A stretch of DNA of 38,270 nucleotides, taken from Candidatus Doudnabacteria bacterium. GTDB lineage: Bacteria > Patescibacteriota > Doudnabacteria > UBA920 > O2-02-FULL-48-8. Location of the stretch: positions 139,552-177,821 of the forward strand of contig JBBCGO010000001.1 of assembly GCA_037200925.1 (NCBI GenBank), read 5' to 3'. The translations under genes were made by a program, and so were the position numbers. Below are positions 26,924 through 37,749 of the stretch, piece by piece (within the stretch, counting starts at the first letter, position 1; each line of letters opens with the position of its first letter). The notes under the pieces are model-generated. The model saw only the letters and a program-made list of their open reading frames with translations. It did not search any database and was not told where the DNA came from.

Positions 26924-26951
26924 GCGGTTCAAACGGCTTTTGGCCTTCCGC
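26924..26951 (-). promoter_or_regulatory. Putative L1-binding autoregulatory mRNA element between rplK and rplA
   Basis: GCGGAAGGC-caaaa-GCCGTTTGAACCGC: GCGG/CCGC outer stem, asymmetric purine-rich internal loop and inner stem, directly before the rplA Shine-Dalgarno site; resembles known L1 leaders. Confidence 0.55.
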
Positions 26952-26960
26952 TTATTATTA

Positions 26961-27383
26961 CTATTTAATCTCTACTCCCATTGATCGCGCGGTTCCTGCC
27001 ACGATCTTTTCCGCGGCCTCAATAGTATTGGCATTGAGGTCAGGCATTTTTTGTTCGGCGATTGCGCGCAACTGAGCTTTGGAAATCTTGCCGACTTTAT
27101 TTTTCAGCGGATTACCCGAGCCTTTTTCAATTCCGGCAGCTTTGGAAATCAGCGCCGATGCCGGAGGGGTTTTCAGAACAAAAGTATAAGTACGGTCCTC
27201 AAAGATCGTAATTTCCGCCGGGACCACGGTATCACCCATGGAGCCGGTGCGCTCATTGAACTCTTTGACGAATTGCCCCAGGTTCACGCCGTGAGGGCCC
27301 AGCGAAGTCCCCAATTGCTGGCCCGGAGTGGCTTTACCTGCAGGTAAGACGATCTTGATAATTGTTTTTACTTTCTTGGCCAT
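26961..27383 (-). CDS. rplK: 50S ribosomal protein L11
   Basis: AGKATPG..LG..LGPHGVN..QFVKEFN, KTPPAS.LI.KAAG, GTARSMG. Confidence 0.98.
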   Translation of the reverse strand: MAKKVKTIIKIVLPAGKATPGQQLGTSLGPHGVNLGQFVKEFNERTGSMGDTVVPAEITIFEDRTYTFVLKTPPASALISKAAGIEKGSGNPLKNKVGKISKAQLRAIAEQKMPDLNANTIEAAEKIVAGTARSMGVEIK

Positions 27384-28138
27384 TAGGTTTTCTCTCCATC
27401 AATGAATTTTTTAATATCCTGCACTGTGCCCATGAATTGGGCCGGGAAAATGATAGTGGAATTCTTCTCAACGCTGATCTCAGCCATGGTCTGTAAATTG
27501 CGCAACTGCAGAGCGATCGGATGGGCAGCCATGATGTCAGCAGTTTGGGCCAATTTTTCGGCGGCCAGCAGTTCCCCTTCGGCTGCGATGACTTTGGCCC
27601 GTTTTTCTCTTTCAGCCTCGGCTTGCTTGGCCATGGCCCGCTGCATATTTTCCGGCAGCTCAATATCCTTGATCTCAACAGTTGAAACGACCACACCCCA
27701 TGGTTCAGTATGGCCGTCAAGCACGGTACGGATCTCGCCGTTGATGGAGTCGCGTTCGGAAAGTATCTCGTCCAGCTGGAACCTGCCGACTATATTACGA
27801 ACAGTTGTTTGTGCGATCTGGTTGATGGCATTCATAACATTTTCAATTGCGATGATGCTCTTGATCGGGTCTGCCACGCGATAGTATGCCACCACCGAAA
27901 CATCCACAGAGACATTATCTTTAGTGATTATCTTTTGCGGCTGAACCGGAAGAGTAATGGTCCTCAGGTCCACTTTTCTTACAATATCAATATATGGAAT
28001 GACCCAATTCAAACCCGGCTGTTTGGTGCCGACAATTTTGCCCAAACGAAACACGACGCCGATCTGATATTGCTGGACAATGCGCAAACCCGGCAGGACC
28101 ACAAAAATTATTATAAGTAAGATCCAATAAAAGATCAT
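27383..28138 (-). CDS. SPFH/band 7 (slipin, stomatin-like) membrane protein
   Basis: N-terminal [49 protein letters not shown]...AEGE. Confidence 0.95.
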   Translation of the reverse strand: MIFYWILLIIIFVVLPGLRIVQQYQIGVVFRLGKIVGTKQPGLNWVIPYIDIVRKVDLRTITLPVQPQKIITKDNVSVDVSVVAYYRVADPIKSIIAIENVMNAINQIAQTTVRNIVGRFQLDEILSERDSINGEIRTVLDGHTEPWGVVVSTVEIKDIELPENMQRAMAKQAEAEREKRAKVIAAEGELLAAEKLAQTADIMAAHPIALQLRNLQTMAEISVEKNSTIIFPAQFMGTVQDIKKFIDGEKT

Positions 28139-28142
28139 AAGT

Positions 28143-28688
28143 TCATAATTTCTTAATTTGCAAAAAATCCAATTCTATCGGGGTTTCCCGGCCGAAGATG
28201 GAGACCAAAACCTTGACTTTGCCTTTTTCGTCGTCGGTTTCGGAAACTTTGCCTTCGTAATCCTTGAACGGCCCGTCCATGATGCGCACCAGGTCATTGG
28301 CTTTCACATCGATCTTGTATTTCGGCTCCTCCACGCCCATGCGCTTCTGAAGCGAGGTAATTTCAGCGTCTGAGATCGGGGTCGGGACCGTGCCGGAACC
28401 CACGAAACCCGTGACATTGGGCGTATTCCGCACCACATACCAGGAATCATCGGTCACTATCATTTCTACAATAACATATCCCGGGAAAATTTTCTCCTCA
28501 ACCGTCACGCGCTTGCCGTCCTTGATCTTGATCTTCTTTTCCTTCGGCACCAGGACATTGAAGATCTTATCCTCCATGCCCATGGATTCTATGCGCTGAT
28601 TGAGGTTGAACGCCACACTATCCTCGTAACCGGAATACGTGTGGAGGACGTACCAATGTTTTTCACCTGTAACTTGCTGACGTGCCAT
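28143..28688 (-). CDS. nusG: Transcription termination/antitermination factor NusG
   Basis: WYVLHTYSGYE, FPGYV, VRNTPNVTGFVG, KOW motif VRIMDGPF, SIFGRETP.EL. Confidence 0.98.
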   Translation of the reverse strand: MARQQVTGEKHWYVLHTYSGYEDSVAFNLNQRIESMGMEDKIFNVLVPKEKKIKIKDGKRVTVEEKIFPGYVIVEMIVTDDSWYVVRNTPNVTGFVGSGTVPTPISDAEITSLQKRMGVEEPKYKIDVKANDLVRIMDGPFKDYEGKVSETDDEKGKVKVLVSIFGRETPIELDFLQIKKL

Positions 28689-28690
28689 TC

Positions 28691-29212
28691 TTATTTGCTG
28701 AGAATTAAAGTTATGAATGCGATGACAATAATAGCTGTTTCCAATTTAAATGAGATTAGTTTTGAATATTGTTTGACAAAATCCGTCCAGAAATCCCAAA
28801 ACTTCCGGTCCACGAGAGGGATTTCCGGGTCCGGACTCAGCCCGAACCTTTTTTTACTGAAAGGATACAGCCACGCTATGCCGTCTGTGGTTATGGTGTC
28901 TATCACAAAATGCGACCATGTGCCGAGAATAAACGTAGTAGCTACGAGCCAAGTTTGAGGGAACAGGGCAAACCACGCCAGAAATACTGCCAGATACAGA
29001 AGCGGCGCATGGCTTACAAATTCATGGTGGTTGATCTTCTCATCCGCAATGAATTTACGTTTTTTGTAAAAAACATAGAAGAAATCCAGATCCGGAAAAA
29101 AACCAAAAAGTGCGCACAAGGCCAGATATTCCGGCTGGTTCAGCTGCGGGATCCAGATGGCGGCGACCTTGCCGGCCAGATAGCCGCCCGCAATATGTCC
29201 CGGTGGCAGCAT
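28691..29212 (-). CDS. Inner-membrane metal-dependent hydrolase (YdjM/DUF457-like)
   Basis: H near the N-terminus, FPDLD, H..FVSHAP, SHFVID...DG..WLYPF. Confidence 0.85.
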   Translation of the reverse strand: MLPPGHIAGGYLAGKVAAIWIPQLNQPEYLALCALFGFFPDLDFFYVFYKKRKFIADEKINHHEFVSHAPLLYLAVFLAWFALFPQTWLVATTFILGTWSHFVIDTITTDGIAWLYPFSKKRFGLSPDPEIPLVDRKFWDFWTDFVKQYSKLISFKLETAIIVIAFITLILSK

Positions 29213-29214
29213 GC

Positions 29215-29403
29215 TTATCTGTGGTTAACAATGTACTCAAACAACGCGGTCAGGCCGTAATCCACAGCCCCCAAAAATGCGGCGACTGCCAAAGAAAGCA
29301 AGACTACGGCAATCGTAATTCGGATGGTCTCTTTCCGCGATGGCCAGACCACTTTGGTCAGTTCCACGCGGGCTTCTTTAAGGAATTGGATAGGATTTGT
29401 CAT
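29215..29403 (-). CDS. secE: Preprotein translocase subunit SecE
   Basis: FLKEARVELTKVVWPSRKE followed by a single TM helix and GAVDYGL. Confidence 0.96.
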   Translation of the reverse strand: MTNPIQFLKEARVELTKVVWPSRKETIRITIAVVLLSLAVAAFLGAVDYGLTALFEYIVNHR

Positions 29404-29441
29404 TTTTGCCTTATTTAAAAGGCCTTTCAGGCCTTATGGAT

Positions 29442-29470
29442 ATTATAAAGTAGCTTACTTAAATTTGCAA
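29442..29470 (-). promoter_or_regulatory. Sigma70 promoter TTGCAA-N17-TATAAT for the secE operon
   Basis: -35 at 29470-29465, -10 at 29447-29442, 17-nt spacer; short AAGGCC/GGCCTT hairpin in the leader. Confidence 0.75.
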
Positions 29471-29484
29471 ACATCTAGAGTAGC

Positions 29485-29982
29485 CTAATCAATCTTTAAA
29501 GCGCAATCTATAAAATTAGGATCAACAGCATCAGCCACTCCCGCACCACAAGAACCAGAAGGTTCAACGCGGTAATTAAGATAAGCTCCGGTAACACCAG
29601 AGACGGTGGCAGGGTTAAGGTATAAATATCCGCCTGAACCTCTGTTTCCTTCCGGAGGATCCTGAGGCTTAAGCGGTAAACTTGGAGCCAAAAAAGCGTC
29701 CACAGTCGCATCTGCTGAATATCCGGACCAAGCGCCATCACAAGTCGCACTTACACAAACCCAAGTACCAGTGGTAGGCAACGGATTATTATCACTTAAG
29801 CTTAAATTAAATGCTTTTACCAAGAGCTCAATATCTGCCAGTCTTCTTGCGTTTCGAGCTTTTACGCGTGCATTGCCAAGATAAACCAATACAATGGTAG
29901 CCAAAAGACCGATGATCGCAATTACTACCAAAAGTTCAATTAAGGTAAATCCTTTTGTTTTTAAGCTAGGTTTCTCCGTCAC
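29485..29982 (-). CDS. Type IV pilin / type II secretion pseudopilin (copy 2)
   Basis: [18 protein letters not shown] prepilin motif, [11 protein letters not shown], four Cys; GTG start. Confidence 0.92.
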   Translation of the reverse strand: MTEKPSLKTKGFTLIELLVVIAIIGLLATIVLVYLGNARVKARNARRLADIELLVKAFNLSLSDNNPLPTTGTWVCVSATCDGAWSGYSADATVDAFLAPSLPLKPQDPPEGNRGSGGYLYLNPATVSGVTGAYLNYRVEPSGSCGAGVADAVDPNFIDCALKID

Positions 29983-30012
29983 TTTTTTATATTCAATTTT
30001 ACCGGCCCAAAA

Positions 30013-30507
30013 CTAATCAATTTTAATTTCACACCAAACATAATCTGAAGTAGAGGAAGAAACAAACCCCGAACCGCAAGAACCGGAAGGTTCGATCAAA
30101 TATTGAAGAAAGGCTCCGGTTAATCCGGAAAAAGTAACTGGATTTATATATAAATATCCGCCATTGCCTCTAGTGCCTCCGACCGGATCTGAAGGCTTTA
30201 GGGTCAAGCTGGGTGCCAAAAAAGCATCTACCCCTGGATCTGCGGCAAATCCTGACCAGCCTTCGTAACACGTTGCGCTGACGCAGACGTTTGCCCCACC
30301 GGTGTCAGGCAGCGGACCGCCGTTATTTTGGCTTAAATTAAATGCCTTTTCCAATGTCTCAATATCCGCAAGCCTCCTTGCATTCCTCGCCTTTACGCGC
30401 GCATTGCCAAGAGCAACCAAAACAATTGTAGCCAAAAGACCGATGATCGCAATTACTACCAAAAGTTCAATTAAGGTAAATCCTTTGTTTGTTTTTGTTT
30501 TTCGCAT
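30013..30507 (-). CDS. Type IV pilin / type II secretion pseudopilin (copy 1)
   Basis: Same prepilin motif and Cys pattern; tandem paralog of 29485-29982. Confidence 0.92.
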   Translation of the reverse strand: MRKTKTNKGFTLIELLVVIAIIGLLATIVLVALGNARVKARNARRLADIETLEKAFNLSQNNGGPLPDTGGANVCVSATCYEGWSGFAADPGVDAFLAPSLTLKPSDPVGGTRGNGGYLYINPVTFSGLTGAFLQYLIEPSGSCGSGFVSSSTSDYVWCEIKID

Positions 30508-30517
30508 AACTCTTTTT

Positions 30518-32571
<2,054 letters not shown>

Positions 32572-32596
32572 TATAATAGGCCTTTTTAGAAGCGCT

Positions 32597-34915
32597 TTAA
32601 TCCCTTATTTCAGCATGGAATTTGGATTTCAGTTCATTCAATATTTCTTTATGAATTTTGGTTACTTCCTCATCTTTCAGGGTTCGGTTATCGGCTTGGT
32701 AAACAATCCGGAAACCCAGGCTTTTTTTGCCGGGCGAAACATTTTTGCCCTGGTAAACATCAAACAAAGTTGCCGATTTTATCAGCTGCTTGTTTGATTT
32801 TAGGATCAGCTCTTTAATTTCTCCCCAAGGCAAGTCTTCGCGCACCAAGATCGCCGCATCCAACTCCTCTGCCGGATACTTGCTTGGAGGCACGAACTGC
32901 TTGGGTTTGATATGCTTGATCAATTTTTCAAAATTAAGTTCAGCCGCGGCCCATTTCAATTCCTCATTCACGGCACGGATCGGGCCCAATTTTTCGCCGT
33001 CGGCCGAAACTTCGCCCATCTCTTCGTCAACCTGCGCTATCGACATTTCTACTCCCAACCGCCCGAACAGCTCCCTGATGCTGCCGATCAGTTTGCCGGC
33101 CGGCTGCCGAGTTTTAGAAAAACAGATCAAGAACAAATTAGTATGTTCCTCCACGCTGCCGTTGGTCTTGCGATAAACATTCCCGATCTCGAACAGGCTT
33201 TCTTCGGAAACGTACCTGCCATTCTGCCCGATCAGCCGTTCGTAATTCATACCCAGACCCTGCCGCAAATACTGCTGATCCGAACTCATGGGGTTGGCGA
33301 TCTCCACGGCCTGCTTGCGGTCGATGCCGTATTTATCAAAAATACTTTCAGGAACAAATGAATATGTATACGCTTCATTAAATCCCATACCCGTCAAAAG
33401 ATCGGCAACACGTTCGTGCTCATCCACGATCTGATCGGTCATACCGGATGAATTCGGCAACGGAGCAAGAGCGTCAGGGATCTTATCCAAACCCTCGAAT
33501 CGGACAATTTCTTCAGCCAGGTCCTCCCAGATCCGCACGTCAGGCCGCCAGAAGGGAACCGTAACTTGTAACGTGGAATGTGAAGCCTGTAACGCAAAGC
33601 CAAATCGCTTCAAGATCCTTTCCTGCTCACTGACGGAAATATCAGTGCCTAAAAGAGCGTTGACTTTTTTGGCATCAACTTTAACTGTAATCGGTTTTTC
33701 CTTTTTTATGCCGGCCTCGGCGTATTCCAGCGGTTTTGCGGATGCATATTTGACCAGCAACTCAACGGCATATTCAGCCGCAGCCATTGCCAAGCCCACC
33801 GGCAATGATTTTTCAAAACGGCTTGAAGCATCAGTGCGGAGCCCCAAATTTCTTGCAGTTCTTCTTATGGAGACGCTATTGAAATTGGCTGCTTCCAGAA
33901 TAACTTCACCGGTAAAATCGATGACCGCACTTTCCGCGCCGCCCATAACGCCGGCGATGGCTAAGGGTTTTTTCGCATCCGCAATAACCAGCATATTGGT
34001 GGTCAATTTCCGTTCCACACCGTCAAGCGTTTTTAGGCTCTCATTAAGGTAAGCCTTACGGACATTGATCGGGCCGGTAACCATGGTTGCGTCAAAAGCA
34101 TGCAAGGGCTGGCCTATTTCCAGCATGACATAGTTGGTAATATCCACCACGTTGTTTATCGGCCGCATTCCTGAAAGTTTCAACCGGTCTTGGATGAATT
34201 TCGGGGACTCTTTGATCTTTATATTTACCAAACGCACGCCGATATATTTACTGCAAAGAGCCGGGTCCGATATCCGAACTTTCAAGACTTTGGACGGTAA
34301 ATTGGCCAGTTTTGATTTTTTATTCTTTATTTTATACTTGGCGCCGGTCAGAGCGCTGATCTCCCACGCCACGCCCCGATACGAAATAAGGTCCGGGCGG
34401 TTTGCCGGCACTGAAACGTCAAGCATCGGCTCGCTGGAACTATTTTTTATTGCAAACGGTTCTCCAAGCTTACTGCCGGAATCCAGGAGCAAAATCCCGC
34501 CGCCGTCTGCGCCCAGACCCAATTCTTTCGCCGAGCAGATCATGCCCTGCGACTCAACCCCGCGGATAATTGCTTTTGACAGCGTAAAAGGCTTTCCGTC
34601 CGGATCATGCTGATCATGGGGAATGATACCGCCCGGCAAGGCCAAAGGAACTGTAGCGCCAACATCAAAATTCCATGCGCCGCAAACCACCGGCCCGAAC
34701 GTATTCCTGCCGTCAGTTAAAGTGATTATCCGCAAACGGTCCGCATTCGGATGTTTTTCTATTTTTGTTACTTTGGCGACTATGATCCCTGAAAATACTT
34801 TTTGATCTGCATCCGCTTCCGTTTCAAACGCATGCAATGACAAAAACTCAGCCAGTTTATCAGGCGATAATCTAATATCAACTAATTCTTTAAGCCATGA
34901 GTAGGCAAACTTCAT
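32597..34915 (-). CDS. pheT: Phenylalanine--tRNA ligase beta subunit
   Basis: KHPNADRL, RGVESQGMICS..ELG, NRPDLIS.RG, RPINNVVDITNYVMLE.GQPLHAFD, RTDASSRFEK, FDVYQG...GKKSL.FRI.YQ..RTL. Confidence 0.97.
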   Translation of the reverse strand: MKFAYSWLKELVDIRLSPDKLAEFLSLHAFETEADADQKVFSGIIVAKVTKIEKHPNADRLRIITLTDGRNTFGPVVCGAWNFDVGATVPLALPGGIIPHDQHDPDGKPFTLSKAIIRGVESQGMICSAKELGLGADGGGILLLDSGSKLGEPFAIKNSSSEPMLDVSVPANRPDLISYRGVAWEISALTGAKYKIKNKKSKLANLPSKVLKVRISDPALCSKYIGVRLVNIKIKESPKFIQDRLKLSGMRPINNVVDITNYVMLEIGQPLHAFDATMVTGPINVRKAYLNESLKTLDGVERKLTTNMLVIADAKKPLAIAGVMGGAESAVIDFTGEVILEAANFNSVSIRRTARNLGLRTDASSRFEKSLPVGLAMAAAEYAVELLVKYASAKPLEYAEAGIKKEKPITVKVDAKKVNALLGTDISVSEQERILKRFGFALQASHSTLQVTVPFWRPDVRIWEDLAEEIVRFEGLDKIPDALAPLPNSSGMTDQIVDEHERVADLLTGMGFNEAYTYSFVPESIFDKYGIDRKQAVEIANPMSSDQQYLRQGLGMNYERLIGQNGRYVSEESLFEIGNVYRKTNGSVEEHTNLFLICFSKTRQPAGKLIGSIRELFGRLGVEMSIAQVDEEMGEVSADGEKLGPIRAVNEELKWAAAELNFEKLIKHIKPKQFVPPSKYPAEELDAAILVREDLPWGEIKELILKSNKQLIKSATLFDVYQGKNVSPGKKSLGFRIVYQADNRTLKDEEVTKIHKEILNELKSKFHAEIRD

Positions 34916-36111
34916 TTAGTGAGCACGAAGCTGGAGAGCAGATGAATAAATATTGGATCGTTCACGTCGGTGGAAAGCGTCGTACCTTGTCGGGCACTGA
35001 TTTCATAAACTTTTCCCGAACTGTAAACGTAACTGGCCAAGCCGCTTCTCAGCGTATACGCTGTTTGGCCGTTAATCAGTATTTTTGTGTAATTGTTCAA
35101 GCTTGGATCCTCGCTTAATCCACTAGAATTCTCGATCCATGCTTCAATTGAAGTTTGGGTAACATTTAGATAAACCCTGACCACATATGTAACAGTGCTG
35201 TTTGCAAAAGTGACAGCATCAATATTAGGGGAAGCGCTTGAGGGGTATTGGATCGATTGAGCGGGAAGAAGCGTTAAACTTTGGGCCGGATACTCGAACG
35301 TATATCCGATCGAAGAATTGGTATATGTCTTCCAGGCAGTCGTTTGAGCGGGACTCTGCGTTGATAACGTTGTGATGGTCGGCTCATGCAGGCTGTATTT
35401 AGCTGTATCGCTGGCGATCTGCTGGTTGCGGACGTCGGTAAATTTCAGGCCGGGTGTCAGCGGATCATATCCGCTATTGATCTGAAATCCGTCTGTCCAA
35501 TCGTTTTGCGCTACGATGTCCCGCCTATCCGTATATTTCAACGTCGGCTCTGTCTTGTAAATATTGACCTCGTCGCCGTCAGCCAGCCCATCCGAGTCGC
35601 TGTCGGCGGTTACAGGATTGGTGCCTGCCACAAATTCATTGTAATTGCTCAGCCCATCATTGTCAGGATCCGCATCATCGCCGCAAACGGTTTGATTATC
35701 GCAGACCTCTTTATTGAAGTACTGATTCAGCCAGACCTTGGGTAATTTAGTGGTAACAGCCGTAACTACAGGCGCGGCGGTCTTTTTTGCGCCCAGCAGG
35801 AAGTAGGCAAGCAATCCCAAAACTATCAGCACGACAATCCCAACAACTATGTAAATCCACTTGCTCCGAAAGAAAGACGGTTCAGATTCTTCAGGCATAA
35901 GATTAGGCGAACCATATTCCGGCGGCGGCGGGACGGAGGGCACTGAAGCCGGCCTTGACGGCAAGGGCGAAGGGGCAATAGAAGATCTGACGGGAGCCGG
36001 AACGGGCGGCTGAACAGCCGGATCAAAGCGCCCTTCCTGCGGCATGACCTGAAAGGAAAGATCGGATGGTTCGACCGGCAAATTAGCTGGAGTTGGTTTT
36101 TGAGGGTCCAT
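34912..36111 (-). CDS. Membrane-anchored surface protein with Ca-binding (thrombospondin type-3-like) repeats and PsbP-like C-terminal domain
   Basis: Pro-rich N-terminus, one TM, DPDNDGLSN..E...GTNP..ADSDSDGLADGDE repeats, WKTYTN...YTFEYP. Confidence 0.8.
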   Translation of the reverse strand: MDPQKPTPANLPVEPSDLSFQVMPQEGRFDPAVQPPVPAPVRSSIAPSPLPSRPASVPSVPPPPEYGSPNLMPEESEPSFFRSKWIYIVVGIVVLIVLGLLAYFLLGAKKTAAPVVTAVTTKLPKVWLNQYFNKEVCDNQTVCGDDADPDNDGLSNYNEFVAGTNPVTADSDSDGLADGDEVNIYKTEPTLKYTDRRDIVAQNDWTDGFQINSGYDPLTPGLKFTDVRNQQIASDTAKYSLHEPTITTLSTQSPAQTTAWKTYTNSSIGYTFEYPAQSLTLLPAQSIQYPSSASPNIDAVTFANSTVTYVVRVYLNVTQTSIEAWIENSSGLSEDPSLNNYTKILINGQTAYTLRSGLASYVYSSGKVYEISARQGTTLSTDVNDPIFIHLLSSFVLTK

Positions 36112-36148
36112 ATTTATTTTTTAATTTTAATTAATTATTAATATTATT

Positions 36149-37159
36149 TTAAAACTGATTTAAAAAACGAACATCATTCTGGTAAAACATCCGGATGTCG
36201 GGAATGTTGTATTTCAGCATAGCAATTCTCAATGTTCCTAATCCAAAAGCAAATCCGCTATATTTGTCTTTTGGGTAGCCAGCATATTTAAACACTTTAG
36301 GGTGGACCATCCCAGAACCCAAAACTTCAAGCCAGCCGGATTGACTGCAAATTGAACAGCCTTTTTGGTTGCAAAAAATACAACTCATCAAAACCTCAAT
36401 ACTCGGTTCAGTGAAAGGAAAATATGACGGACGGAACTGGACTTTAATCCGATCGCCAAATAAGGACTTAAATAATCGCGTTAATGTGCCTTTCAAATCT
36501 GCTACGCTAATTTTTTCTCCAACAACCAAGCCTTCAACCTGATAAAAAGTATGTTCGTGCCGGGCGTCAGTTGCCTCATTGCGGAAAGTCCTACCGGGTA
36601 TTATAACAGAAAAAGGCGGTTTGCGGTTTTCCATGATGCGCGCCTGCATCGGGCTGGTATGGGTGCGCAACAGCAATTTACTGTCCTTTAAATAGAAAGT
36701 ATCAAACATATCCCGTGCAGGATGGTCACTCGGAATATTCAACGCTTCAAAATTATAATAATCGGTTTCGATCTCGTCACCCAACATCACGCCGAATCCC
36801 ATAGACTTAAAAATATTCACAATCTCTCGTTGAGTCTGGGTGATCGGATGCAAATGGCCCAAGGACGGCTTCTCGCCGTCAATTGTCAGGTCAATAAACT
36901 CCTTCTTGCCGGAATTCTTAATGCTGCGGCGCTTTTGATCGATCAGGCGCCAGATCTCGATCTTAACTTCGTTGGCATCTTTGCCTAAAGATTTGCGCTG
37001 ACGCTCATCAAGGTTTTTTAAGGAACGCAAAATATTCGTAAGTTTGCCCTGTTTCCTTCCAAAATACTTAACAACCAGCTCATCAAGACCGGCCAGATCT
37101 TTTACCGGCCCGAGCTCCTGGATCGCCTGGTCGTGAAGTTGCTTAAGACTTTCTATCAT
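36149..37159 (-). CDS. pheS: Phenylalanine--tRNA ligase alpha subunit
   Basis: GHLHPITQ, HPARDMFDTFY, LRTHTSPMQ, FYQVEG, RPSYFPFTEPS, LEVLGSGMVHP, GFAFG. Confidence 0.97.
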   Translation of the reverse strand: MIESLKQLHDQAIQELGPVKDLAGLDELVVKYFGRKQGKLTNILRSLKNLDERQRKSLGKDANEVKIEIWRLIDQKRRSIKNSGKKEFIDLTIDGEKPSLGHLHPITQTQREIVNIFKSMGFGVMLGDEIETDYYNFEALNIPSDHPARDMFDTFYLKDSKLLLRTHTSPMQARIMENRKPPFSVIIPGRTFRNEATDARHEHTFYQVEGLVVGEKISVADLKGTLTRLFKSLFGDRIKVQFRPSYFPFTEPSIEVLMSCIFCNQKGCSICSQSGWLEVLGSGMVHPKVFKYAGYPKDKYSGFAFGLGTLRIAMLKYNIPDIRMFYQNDVRFLNQF

Positions 37160-37523
37160 TTTTAGTCAATAAATAAGATTCCAAAAAAACCAGCGTTAGG
37201 ACAAGCAATCCGCCGGAAAGCCAGCTGAATAAACCGCGGCTTAGCAGAAAAAGAGAAAGCACTAAAAGTATCGTAAACCACAATCCCTGCCTGGCGGCTT
37301 GCGTCAAATAGCGGTTCAGCAGTTCCCTTTGGCCGAGGCTCCTTCGGAGGAAGAATCCGGCTAGCGTTATTAAGGAAAAAATAAAACCCGCGAACAAAAA
37401 ATAAAACAGAATTATATTGCCTGTCCGGTCGGGTCCCAGAGATCTTATCAGTACTATGAGCCCCGTTCCAAAACCCAGGCCGGCAATAATTAAGCCCAAA
37501 ATAGATAGTTTGATTTTCTGCAA
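37143..37523 (-). CDS. Hypothetical membrane protein (4 TM)
   Basis: TTG start, four hydrophobic segments, overlaps the pheS start by 17 nt. Confidence 0.75.
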   Translation of the reverse strand: MQKIKLSILGLIIAGLGFGTGLIVLIRSLGPDRTGNIILFYFLFAGFIFSLITLAGFFLRRSLGQRELLNRYLTQAARQGLWFTILLVLSLFLLSRGLFSWLSGGLLVLTLVFLESYLLTKNDRKS

Positions 37524-37547
37524 TTTTTTATGTCCGAGTAAGTTTAA

Positions 37548-37576
37548 TTATGCCAGTTTTAGCAATTTAATGCAAA
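37548..37576 (-). promoter_or_regulatory. Sigma70 promoter TTGCAT-N17-CATAAT for the pheS/pheT operon
   Basis: Minus strand ttgcat-taaattgctaaaactgg-cataat with extended TG. Confidence 0.55.
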
Positions 37577-37583
37577 ACTACCC

Positions 37584-37749
37584 CTCCAAATGCCTAAATT
37601 TACGTTCGCGCCTTATGGCGCTCACCTTGGGCAGCGCCGGAAGCTACCGCACTCGCTTCCGTCGACGCTCGACGCAGGCTTAGGCCTCGTCTCGCTTCTG
37701 CCCGTGTAAATTCAGGCCACAATATTACTCTCCAAATGCCTAAATTTAC
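37584..37749. repeat. Perfect 20-bp direct repeat CTCCAAATGCCTAAATTTAC (37584-37603 and 37730-37749)
   Basis: Read directly from the sequence; copies separated by 126 bp. Confidence 0.95.
37604..37729. mobile_element. Putative non-autonomous structured insertion (MITE/REP-like) with 20-bp target duplication
   Basis: About 60% GC by hand count, multi-branched hairpins, flanked by the 20-bp direct repeat; no transposase in the window. Confidence 0.5.

Noticed and set aside
29404-29484. tRNA upstream of secE
   Set aside because: The spacer holds only a promoter and a short hairpin; no cloverleaf.
29485-30507. Diversity-generating retroelement acting on the pilins
   Set aside because: No reverse transcriptase in the window; differences are not adenine-specific and the shared block encodes the constant N-terminus.
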